From Balanoglossus misakiensis (lineage: Eukaryota; Animalia; Hemichordata): DNA of 64,000 nucleotides. Shown here one piece after another: positions 1 to 12,400 of this stretch. The position numbers and the translations under genes are program-made. The notes beneath the pieces were generated by a model that was given only the letters and a program-made list of their open reading frames with translations, made no database searches and was not told where the DNA came from. The stretch covers positions 3,119,703 to 3,183,702 of the forward strand of contig CM082577.2 in the NCBI GenBank assembly GCA_040954595.2. The letters run 5' to 3'. Each line of letters opens with the position of its first letter. Position 1 is the first letter of the stretch.

Positions 1-173
1 GTGTGAGTTCATTCATTCTTCAAGAACTGCGCAAATTACTGCCATCGTATTTTAAAACCTTCAGGTTGGATGAGAGTAACCGCTTCACCCAAAATTAAAA
101 AAAAACACATTTACATTCTGTGGACTGCAGGGTGCCAACGCGGCGAAAATACGGAAATGCTCATCATACTCAC

Positions 174-407
174 GTTGCTCGCAAAGATCCCCCGTGTAGC
201 ACGGCTGGCACCCGCAAACAAATTCTGTGCAGGACGTAGCCGTGCACACACCGCCAAACAAACACCTGTTTGGCTGACACGGGTCCTGCAGAGTCTCGCA
301 GGATGTCCCCACGTAACAGAGCGGGCACTCGCAGTTGCGAGTGGAGCACGATGTCTGGGTGCACGTTCCGCCGTTCCGACAGGGATTGGTCACGCATGGC
401 TCTTGCA
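174..407 (-). CDS. Double 8-Cys EGF exon of gene B
   Basis: 234 nt = 2 x 117: [77 protein letters not shown]. Confidence 0.88.
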
Positions 408-3400
408 CTGAAAGATAAGTGGTCGATATCTGCATTTTTGACATCTGGTGATTTGTCACTCTGTGGAATTATTCACCTTTATCGGTAATACTCGCAGAAC
501 AACGTGACACTTATCCAACTTTTCATTTTTATCGGACAAGTAAACATTAAAATACGATAATATAATCTAGGTGAATTTGATTATCATACATCAATACAAA
601 GTGCTGTCAAGGCAGAGAACAGAGAATCTAAGACGAGTTCATTTTCCGTGACTGTTCTGAGGCTCTTCTCTTTAAACATCAAAAAGTTCACTTACATGAT
701 TCACAATTTGAACCAGTATAACAGCCACTGCAGGAACAGGTGTAGGAGAAACAGGAGCCACCAAAGTTTTGACAAGTGCCACCATTTTGACATGGGCCAC
801 TAGCACATGGATCAATTCCTACAAAAAAAAGAAAAAAGAAAATCCTCTTATATACAGGCTAGTGCAATATACTAGTACTTGTATCACAAGCTTTTCAAAT
901 GCCAAAGCTGAGATCAGCTATTTTCGCGTGTTTTACAAAACTCATCTTCTGCTGTATTTTGCATTATAAATCTACAATTAAGATCTGGTATCTCCAGTAT
1001 ACCGGTAAGAGTTTGATACAAAAATTCAACTCACTCTGCTCACAGTTGTCTCCTGTGTAACACTGCAGACAGCTGCATCTGTAGTCTGTGCACGAGTTTT
1101 GTTCCTGAATACAATATCCCCCGTTCAAGCATGGCGTTGGTGAACACGGATTGACAACTGAAACACAAACACATACACACTTGTGAGATGTAACAATATG
1201 GGTATACATGTAGTTAATGTCTTGTGTGACTATGAAAATAGCATAGTAGACTTCTGAGATTTTTAAAGGTATATGTATATGGTCACCGGTATAAAATTAG
1301 CCACAGTTACCATGGAAAATTGAGATCTGGCCAAAGCGAGATTTTCATGTGATGGCCTATTGTAAAAAGAAAGTTGAACTTACATGTTTCACAGAACTGT
1401 CCTGTGAAGCACCCTGTACAGGAACAAGCATAGTCTACACAGGGATTCGTATCCGACTGCAAACAAACCGCTCCGTTCAGACACCGATTCGGCTGACAAG
1501 GATTGACCGCTGAAAATGTCAGGGAGAAAAAAAAAGATTCGAACAAGTTAGATCTACTCACTGACAGCCAAATGATAACATTCAGTCAGTATTAGACATG
1601 GTCAGTCATCAGTACAGTGTGCCCTCTAACAAACATAATCTGAGTCAATTTGAGGATTTCTAGACATTTCTCTGTGTCAGCCCTATACCTTTACATGTAT
1701 TGTGGATAATTTTCTTGAGTCACCAGTGAGTTTGTTGAGTCAGTGGCGCATAATTTGGGCTTAGAGGCCACACTGTCAGTCACCATTGGCACCCTTGATC
1801 AGGGAAAAAAGATCTCAACATCTGTACAGAATAAAACCACACCAACCTTGGAGACATGTGGTGCCAGTCCAACACTCCGAACAGGTACAAGTATATGCAG
1901 TACATGAGTTTGGAGTCGGAATACATGTGCCACCATTGCCGCACGGATTGGGGTCGCACTGATCCAGCACTGTGAAACAAATAAAAAATATACACATTAA
2001 AATTTAATGATATATCTCTCCAAATTGATCTTGGCCTTTTTTCTGAACATACAGACGAAAACAGGACTGATTGGCAATACAAATACATACAGACAAAACT
2101 TATCAGACTTGACACAGACAAAGAACAGACACAGTTTTCTAAAGTTATGTGCTACAGAAACAAAAGGTATAACCTGTCCAGATTAGAGTTTTTAATGGTA
2201 AATATGTGCATCGTTATGGATCTACTAAACTACACACTACAGAAATTTTGTGAAAAAGAGGATATATATATAGCACAGTACATTACACTTTAGTAAGATT
2301 AGACATTCTAGATGTTTAACAGACGATTAACTGTTTCTCTTACCTTCACAAGGTGGTAAAGACTGTTACACACGCACAGTCGAGGGTTAAAGACGGCCAA
2401 GATGAAAGATTCGCAATGCAAGGGTATGTTTATAAGAGTGCAGATTAAGACCTTAGAGCCCCATTCTAAAGCTAGAGCATGGAATACCTAGCTGTTACTA
2501 TAGAGCTGACAGGTCAGACGCTGGGCTGATTATGAGAACAGCCAGCTGTGGTTGTTACTGTGTTAATCATGTAAGTAAAGTGCAGTTTATATGTATGTAC
2601 GTTTTAGTAGACTAAAATGGCAAGCACTAGCCTTTAACTGCTTGAGTAGATAGGGATTTTAGTCTTGTTACAATGTATGATGTTGACCCATGCCCTGTTT
2701 CATTGTACATATCTCAGATGTCACCCTGTTAAGCAAGTTCAAAATAAGATTCATTCCTTCATTCATTCATTCATTCATTCATTCATTCATTCATTCATCC
2801 ATCCATCCATCCATCCATTGAGAAATCTCAAACAGCACAAGGCACATGTTGAAGCATGTAGGCAGCAGAGTGATACACAAGCAACAGTTCCCGCAAAAGA
2901 AGTGAAATACATTTTCAATGGAAAAGCCGACTCAACAAAACACAACATCATGTAATAGGCTTATCTCATCCATGACATGAGCTGCAATTGAATAATATGG
3001 TAATATCCAATGCTCCACTGTAAGTGACCATTTGAAAATGGATCTACACTTACAGGTTTCACAAGTTGTACCAGTATAGCAGCTGCCAGATGGACACTGG
3101 CAGAAGAACGTTTCACAGGTCCTTTGGTTGCAAACTCCACCGTTCAGGCAAGGGCTGGGAGAGCAGGGATTCAACACTGGTGAATGAAAGACATGCAGAC
3201 ATTATTAATTGTCAAAGTTACTTTCCTCGACATTTCAGGAGATTTTATCATAGTTTTCCAGGTATGGAATACTAAAAAAAGCTGCTTTCCAAGGATGATT
3301 GAGTAGCATTTGCATTCAAAAACAAGGATATCTTAAATATATTTCCAGGATGCAAGGGACTGGAGGGAGCACCAATTTATCAGGACTTCACAGAATGGGT

Positions 3401-6400
3401 TCAAATTCCAGGATCTTCCTGAGTGTAATAACCATGGCTATTTCAGAGATAAGATAATCAAGCGTTGCATGCATTTAACCATGTCATATATTGGAAATTC
3501 AGCAAAAATAACCACACGTTACGCTACTGTGGTAAGGGTGACAGAATTTGGATCTGCTGAGAAAAAACTGAACTTGGATCTCCTGAGAGAGAGAAAACTT
3601 GAACAAGAGATCAAAACTCACATATTTCACATCTGGAGCCACTATAGCACCCAAAGCAAGAGCAAGTGAAATCAGTACAGGAATTTTGTGTCGCTATGCA
3701 CTGTCCATTGTTCTGACACAGATTTGGCTGGCACTGGTTGATTCCTGGACATCAAAACAACAACAACAACAATATTAGCAGACGTTATGAATACTAATAT
3801 CCTTGAAAAAATGAGACATTCTTTGATTATTTATTTATTTATTCAGTCAGTCAGTCAGCAAGCCAGTCAGTCAGTCGAATCAGTTTATATACATCTGAGT
3901 CCGTCTGCCTTAGTGTCTGCTTTAGGATCTCGTTTGAAAATTTGTCTATCTGTCTGCCTGTCTACAAGTTTGTCTGATAAGTCAACAGGCACTAGTCAAA
4001 ATAAATCAATCAATCAAATGCACACTTACGTATGTGACAATACTGCCCTTCATAGCACACAGGACACCTACACTCAAAGGTTGAGCAAGATGTCTCCTGG
4101 CAGGTGCCTCCATTGAAACACGGGTTATTAGAGCATGGATCTTGTACTTCAAAGGAGAGAAAAGTACACAAAGTGGATTTTAAAGTTTTATGATTCAGAG
4201 TAATTAAAGGGCCACTGTATGTAACTCATGTGAACAGGAAACTGTGGTGCATTCACATAACAAAAACATTGAAAAAGTAGTCAAAAGTTACAGAAAGCAG
4301 AGTTTTAAAACACAGGTCTATATTTTGGTGAAAATATATCATTTAGAAAAAAATCCAGTTTGAAACAAATTTACAACAAAATTGAGAAATGACATGACAG
4401 CTGTCAAAGCTATCAATTGTATTTCAACAAACTTGAGAGGGAGAAAAAAATTAAATGGCAACTTACGTTGGTCGCAATTGGTTCCGTACCAGCAACCAGC
4501 GCACCGACACGTATAGGAAACACAGTTTCCTTGCTGGGGAATACATGTACCCCCATTCAGGCAAGGACTGGTGTCACACTGATTAATAGCTGTAATTAAA
4601 CGAAAAGAAACAAACATTGCAATAATTAACAGTTCCATTTCCCAGGAGTGTACATGTACTGTGGAGAAACTGCTGAACGTTTGCGGGTAAGTGACACTGC
4701 TATTTTAAACATAAAATACCTCAAATATACACAGGTTTATCCAAGAATCTCTATGGCAACCCCAGATTTTCCCTCTGCTGTGCCCTATGCAAACTACCAA
4801 AAATTCAAGCATTGGACTCTGGGTGGTCTGACAAATATGTATTTGAACAATTACTGTATTTTCATACCTATTGAACAGTCTGAACCCGTGTAGCAGAACC
4901 CACAGTAGCACTGATATTCTGTGCACGAGTTGGGCACCTGGGAACAGGCTCCTCCGTTTTGACAAGGATTTGGTTGACACTGGTCGATTCCTGCAGAAAT
5001 ACACAAAAAAGGGTCATGTCTGATTATAGTCTACTGTAACTTGCAACAGAACTTGTAACTTGTTCAGAGCAGGTACAATCTCGGATACCGATACCTACAC
5101 ACGAAGACAACAAGCAACAGAGTTTTTTACTGCAAATATACATGTAGGTGACACCTACTTGTCTGACAGTTGTCGCCCGTAAAGCAGCCAGTGCAGACGC
5201 AATTGTAGTCGGTACATGAGTTAGACTCAGGAACACAGACACCTCCATTCAAACACGGATTGGGAGAACACTGGTTAATAGCTGAAATGCAAGCATCAGA
5301 AACATTATATGTGTTATATTGTGGCGGTGTGACAGAGTTCTTGTCTCTATCTGATAGAAGTGTGGGATATTCACAAGTTGATCCATGCATGGTATAGAAC
5401 AAATGACTAGCATCTAAATGATTTGACTTTGACTGCAGGGTCAAAGGCTGGCAGTATAAGAACAGCACAACATGTCAGAAAAATAAAATCGTAAGTTTGC
5501 AAAATCTTTAGTGATCTGGTCTAGTTCACCAAGCAAAGTCATGACGGCCGAGAAAAGGGTTTCACGAAACACAAGCTAAAATTAAGACAGCAAGAAAATG
5601 AGTTTGGAATACATGTACTCACGAGTGGAGCATGTGGATCCAGTGAAACACGCGGCGCATGCGCACTGATACTGGAAACAGGAACCTTGCAGTGAACTAC
5701 AGACGCCGCCGTTCTGGCATGGGTTGGCTTCGCACGGGTCTTGCACTGAAATGAAAACAGCAGTATGGATTACGAGCAATCGGTCTTCCAGGATGTCGAA
5801 ATGCAACTCTCATCAGATCAAGGAAGGTGAATGATTCAGTCATTTTCTTTTCAAAAAGAATAAGAGTTTCTTCAGTAGAAACAACAGGAAAAAATCTAAC
5901 CATGGCTGGATATAAGGTGTTTTAATTCACTATTTTAAACCCATTTTCATTCAAACAGTGCCGAATCACTGATAAGACAAGAACTACATTTAATTGTTTC
6001 AAATGTTTTGGCTTACACACACATTGAGATATCACTACTGTGGATGAAAAAAACTAGGCATTTTGAGGGATCCAAACTCTGAACCAATTCAGTTATATAT
6101 CCAGTAAGAATATGCCAAATTACTTTACTTACAAGTCTCACAGTTTGTTCCCGTGAAGCAACCAACACAGGTACAGTAATGATCTTGACACCCCCTGGGA
6201 AAGCAATTCCCTCCATTCTGGCATGGGTTCGGTGAACAGGGAGTCAACTCTGCCATTTGGAAAGTAAATAAAATACGGATTACCCGAGTTGGACTATATC
6301 TCTGGTCCTCACCAGTCATCACACAGGATAATCCAACATTTTTATTTTATTTTCACTCAGTGACAACCACAATTCTTTTTTTCTCCGTTTGAAATACCTT

Positions 6401-9400
6401 TAAGAACACCTCACCTGTTTCACAGGTATCACCTGTAAAGCATCCCAGACAATAACAGCTGAAATCAGTGCATGTCAGCTGACTACAGAATCCACTGTTG
6501 AGGCAGGGACTGGAGTCGCAGGGATTCAACACTGTAAAAGGAAAAACAGTCCAGACTTAGGCTCAGAAGTTGATTAAAGTATGTTATTGATTGAAATATG
6601 CCAAGAGTAAAGGTAGCAGCTATTGGGGCTTTATAATTCATTACTCATTTGTACATATATTGATCGATCCAATTCTAGTTTCCAATCATTTAGGACCTGT
6701 TCCCGATAACAGAAGTGGATAATTCCAGGAACTTACACATGGTGCATTGAGGACCTGACCAGCAACTTGTACAGAGGCACTGATACGCGGTGCACGACCC
6801 TGCTACCTGTTGGCAGTTGCCACCGTTCCGGCAAGGATTCACACTGCAGGGGTTAATTGCTGTCCGAAAGATGGGAAAAACGTCAGAGGTTAATGGACAA
6901 TGTGATCAAACTTCAACTACCGACAAAATGCCACCGGAAATTACGTGAAATCTGTTGAAGAACACATGGAAAATTTCACCTCTCTATCAAAGGATTTTGT
7001 CTTTATTATCTGTACACTACAGGTTTTATTTCAATAAACTTCACACAAAGAAGTGATGTTTTTCTGAAATTATGTGAAATCTGTTGAAGAATTAACATAA
7101 TGTGTGCGACCAGCAACTTACCTATTTCACAGGTGGGGCCCTGCCAACATGAATTAGCTGCACAGATGCATGTGTAACTGGTACAGGTGTCTTGAACACA
7201 GGCACCACTATTTTGACAGGGATTAGGAGAGCATGGGTTTTGCACTGGTGGAGAGAAGTTGATACTGAGTGAGTTTATTCAATTGTGAAAAAACATCTCG
7301 GCAATAAGACAGATTTTCAAAGCAGACTTTGCTAGATCATTCAAAAAGTTCTAAGGTAGATACTGTATCCAAATATTCTTAGAAAATCGCCACCAAATTA
7401 TTTCATATTCTACAATTGTTTAAGGGGCTGTAATTTTTGGCTCCATTTTTGTTCTGTGTACCAAATGCAGTGTTCCTTACATGTTTCGCAGTTGTCTCCA
7501 ACATAACATCCACTGCAAGAGCAGGAGTAGCTGGAGCATGTCTGCTGTCCACAGTTTCCACCATTCAGACAAGGATTCGGGAAGCAAGGATTGTCCACTG
7601 GAAGCAAAGAAATAATAACAATCTTGAATTCACACAAATCATATTTCTGAAATCTGGAAGAGTAATTTCATTAAAGTCATAATCAGCATGCGCTCTTTAC
7701 TTTCATATTTTGGGAAAAATTTTATTGCTGTAAAATTCAGTAGATTGTATCATTCCCAGAGACGTCATTGACAATCATTCTTTTTGCATATTGAGTGACC
7801 AAAGAGAAAATACTGTAAAACAAGAAATTTTCACGAACGATAAATTTTGGTGAACTACGCGAGAGCCAAAAAAAGCGTGAAAAATAAAAAGATAACGATT
7901 CAGCGAAATACGAGAATGTGAAAATTAATCATCGCGTAACAGTTGCTGCTTTTAATATCGTGAACATTTCCTCTCGCGAAAATTTCCCCAGTTTACAGTA
8001 TTTTCAAGATATAAATGTATATGAAACATGATAATCCTTACATGTTTGACACTGGTCTCCGGAATAACATCCACTGCAAATGCAAGAGTACGTTTCACAA
8101 GTCTGCTGTTGGCAAGCTCCACCATTCGCACACGGATTTGGAAAGCAAGGGTTTTGCACTGTACAGGAAGTAAAAAAAAAAAATCAGTGTTGTGTACAAA
8201 ATGTATGATTCAATACGTTCTTCAATTCTTTCATAGGATTTTTATTATGACAGGGGTAACACACTTACATATTTCGCAGTTTGTTCCAGTGTAACAACCA
8301 GTGCATGTACACTGGAATGTCTGGCACGAAGTCTGGGTACACGCCCCACCATTTCTGCAGGGGTTTGCCTGGCATGGGTCCAGTACTGAAACAAAGCAAA
8401 ATAACAGACATTCATTTAATATAAGAATACAAATACTTATCGGACACTTTTACAGGCGATAAGCAAAGTTAAGAAACATAAGCAACCCTCCACTTCTTCC
8501 ATACTCAACACTTTTAGTATCAGTCGGTATCTAGTATTAAAGGGACAAAAGAAATCACTTATCAAAGTCTTATTAAGCTTTTCAATTCTGCCAATTGATG
8601 AGTTGTGCACACTTGGCCTGTTGTACCTTAACACTAGTTTTTTACTTCCATTACTTCTGTCAATATCCAGACCAAGAAATCACAAAAACTTTATCCGCAT
8701 AAACTCAAATATCTCGCCCATCTAATCAACTATTAAATTCCCTGTGAGAATTTGATATCCGATGCAACATTGAATTTGATGCTGAAGATGCATTTGTGCA
8801 CACGTTTGTGCATGTGTGTGTGAGCATGTGTGCGCATGCGAATGTGTATACGTGTGTGTGTGTGTCCATGTGTGAGATAAAACTTACACGTCAAACAGTT
8901 GGATCCAGTCCAGCAGTCTGCACATACGCACTGAAAGTCGGTGCAGGAATTGGGTAGTTGCAGGCAAGTGCCTCCATTCTGACATGGGTTGTTCTGACAG
9001 GGATCTTGCACTGCAATCAAACACAAAAAGTTGTTCATTGTATTGTCTTCTGCATTAAAAACCAAATCTATCAGTACAATAAAAAAATTAGGACATGCAT
9101 GTAAACCATTACACCACATACCACTTGATCGAGCCATTCGTGCTACGAGAAATCAATGCAGCGCGCATTGCAACAACAGAAATTCAATACTTTTGCCCCT
9201 TTTCTCAGGGAGGGTGGCTTCCCTTCCCTTGCTTATACTTACGAATTTCACAGTTGGTGCCGATGTAGCATCTGGCACACTGACACTGCCTGGTGGTACA
9301 GCCGAAAGCTCTGCACGTCCCTCCGTTCAGGCAAGGGTTCTCCCCGCACGGATCTTGCACTGAAAAAGACAACGGTGGCCACTTTGAGCTGGGTTTTCAG

Positions 9401-12400
9401 CAAAGCACATGCACACGTACAGTCCCTTCAACCAACCTGGTTGGAGGGAATTGTGAGCAAAGTGACAGTATAATACTTCTCTTTCATAATCTCATTTAAT
9501 ATAAACACTGGTGAGTTGTAACATAGAGTTGTACATGTATCAAACTTGGATGTGACTGTACTTGTATACATTTATACAAGGCACAACCAAGTATATGAAT
9601 AATAATATCAGTCATCATCTAATTCTGACAATTGAACAATGCTCATTAACTTGGCATTAATGAATATTTATTTATACCTCAAATGCACGAAGCGAATTAC
9701 TTTCTTTATGAACTGTTCACTAACTTACGTGTCTCACAGCTGGTTCCAACGTAACAACCGATACAGGAACAAGTTCTTTGGAAGCACCCCAAGTTGGTGC
9801 ACCTACCATTATTCTGACAAGGGTTATCACGACACGGATCCAAAGCTGTCAGAGTTTACGAAAGAGTAATAAATTATTCACACATATCAGATGAATGCAT
9901 TACGGATTGCACTTATACATACATACATACTTTGACGTAGAAATATACTAATATATATATACAATATCATGAATGTACAATGTTTGTTAGAGCACAGTGG
10001 TCAGAGTAAACATGATAGCAGAGTTGGCCTTACTTGTCTCACACAGGTTTCCAGTAAAACAGCCACTGCAGGAACACTGAAATTCAGTGCAGACATTGGG
10101 GTCCTGGATACACATACCAAAATTCTGGCAAGGGTTGTTGTCACATGGATTCACATCTGAAAACATGACCGTGCAAAGAAACAATTACTTCGAGCTGAAT
10201 TAAGAGACGCACCACGATACAAATGAAAGCGTGTACAAAATCTTGAGAAAAAAAAAGTTTATTCACTGAAATGAATTTAGGTAGAAAATGAGTTTGAAAG
10301 TGGACTGAAGCAAAAATATTTGTCTGCAAAATAAATACTCACAGATGTTACACCTTTCCCCTGACCAACAGCTGTTACACTGGCACGAGTAAGCTGTACA
10401 ACCTTGGGCGATACACTGGCCTTCGTTTAAACAAGGATTGAACGGTCCACAGGGATCTTGAGCTGCATTGCAACATACCACAGAGAAAGAAAGTTAACCC
10501 TGGCCAAAAATAGCGCCTAGGACACTGTGCTCCTGTTTTCAAATGTGTGAATTTAAATTGCTGCATCTGCTTTTTTTAACACAATATTGCCCCGTCCTCC
10601 TGCATTTAGCTCTTATATTAACAGTTAAACAGAACACGATAAATCTTGGAAAATAAACGTCTGGTCATAGGATATCATTACTTACATATTTGACAATGAT
10701 CACCCAAGAAGCAACCAACACACTGACAAGTGTAGTCGACGCAGGAGCCAGGAACATCGATACATAACCCTCCATTTTGGCAGGGGTTTGGAGCACACTG
10801 ATTTAACCCTGTATGGATAGGTAGGATCGAGATTAGTGCATTTTAAAGGCCCAAATCTACTACTTTTAGCATATTTTTAACATATTTCAATCTTCGCCTT
10901 ATCCTTAGTCGATGGACAAGAATATTTTGAATTTCTGGAGATTCTAAAGCCATGTGTGTAACCATGATGGTTGTGTACTCTTGCAATGGGCAACTGAGTT
11001 AACTGGTATGGCACCCATTTATTATTAACTTGTTTATATTCACATGTACAGTAACAATCAGACATTGATACATATATATACCCATCAGTTAGCTCATGTA
11101 ATTGGACCATTATAAATTTAAAAGTAAAGTCATGAATCTGGGTGGCATACAGCCAATTCACTTACGTATTTCACAGTCTGACCCGACATAGCACGAGGTA
11201 CAGCTGCAAGTGTAGTCAACACAAGAGTCCCCAACACCTTCGCACGTCCCACCGTTTTGACACGGTAGTCCTCGGCAGGGATCAATTCCTGTTGAAGTAA
11301 AGCAAAGAAATCAATGTGATATTCTTGGATTTGGAATCAGTTCTAGATGATCCCCACTTACAGAACCCACAAACCACCGAAGCGCATTTCTAGGTCATTT
11401 GGATCCCTGAGAGAGAGATGAGAGAGATTTCTAGCAGAGATACAGATCTGTGGAAATCCCTCTTTGAAATAAATTCTGGTTTCTTTGACCAGAAAAGAAA
11501 GCTATCATTGATATCTACTGCCTTTTAGTTGGTCGTCTGCATCAGACCGTATTCGATGGCAAACGTGTGCAGAGACAATGGATGTAAATACCAATAATGA
11601 GATACATGCTTTCTTGAGAACCAGCACCTCCCAACTTACCCACTTTTTGTGGACTAAATCTTAGTAATATGCAGACACCAATATTCATACAGCCAACAAA
11701 GACTGAAAAAAGCAATGTGCGTATAGACAAGAACCATGGGTATAAAGGTACACTTACTGTTCTCACAATTCCGACCCTCGTAACAAGATGTACAGATACA
11801 GGTGTAATCATTCAGTGTTGGGTTCGGAACTGCCAGAGGGCTGCAAGTACCGCCGTTCTCACACGGTTCCAGACTGCATGGGTCGATGGCTGTGTGCGGT
11901 TAGTTCCACAGGAGATGTTGCAGTCCAACGAAAAGAGAGAGAAAGAAACAGTTTGTTAAAAGTGTGTCAATCCCTCTGTCCAGGCATGCCAGTTTTATAA
12001 CTCTAAAAATCACATCACAAAATTGCTGCCTGCCACAATATCAGCGCCCAAGAGAATTTATTACATATAGCACATACATGTATTATTGAACATAAATTGG
12101 AATTTCAAATACTGCCAAATTTGGTAAAATTACACAAAAAACACTCAAATGTTGTGAAAATTGTGAAAATTATGTGGAGGCAAAGTTCCTATACAGATTC
12201 CATTTGATTTTATGATGAAATTTTTTTTCTGGTATACATGTAACCAGAATTTGTATTTAATTCACAAGAACTGTTAATGTTCCTTTAAAGGGCCACTATC
12301 TGTAAAAATTTGTTCCGACTTGAATACAATTTTTAAACAATAACAATGTCGATTGTGCACACATGGGCCGCTATGTTGAGAAGATTAACATTTTTATTCA

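Noticed and set aside
6937-7091. 26-nt direct repeat GAAATTAYGTGAAATCTGTTGAAGAA in one intron
   Set aside because: Two copies only; an ordinary local duplication with no sign of function.
4204-12306. TTAAAGGGCCACT-type ends at ~4204 and ~12285 as transposon termini
   Set aside because: Probably fragments of a TTAA-type repeat family, but I could not find matching opposite ends to define elements.
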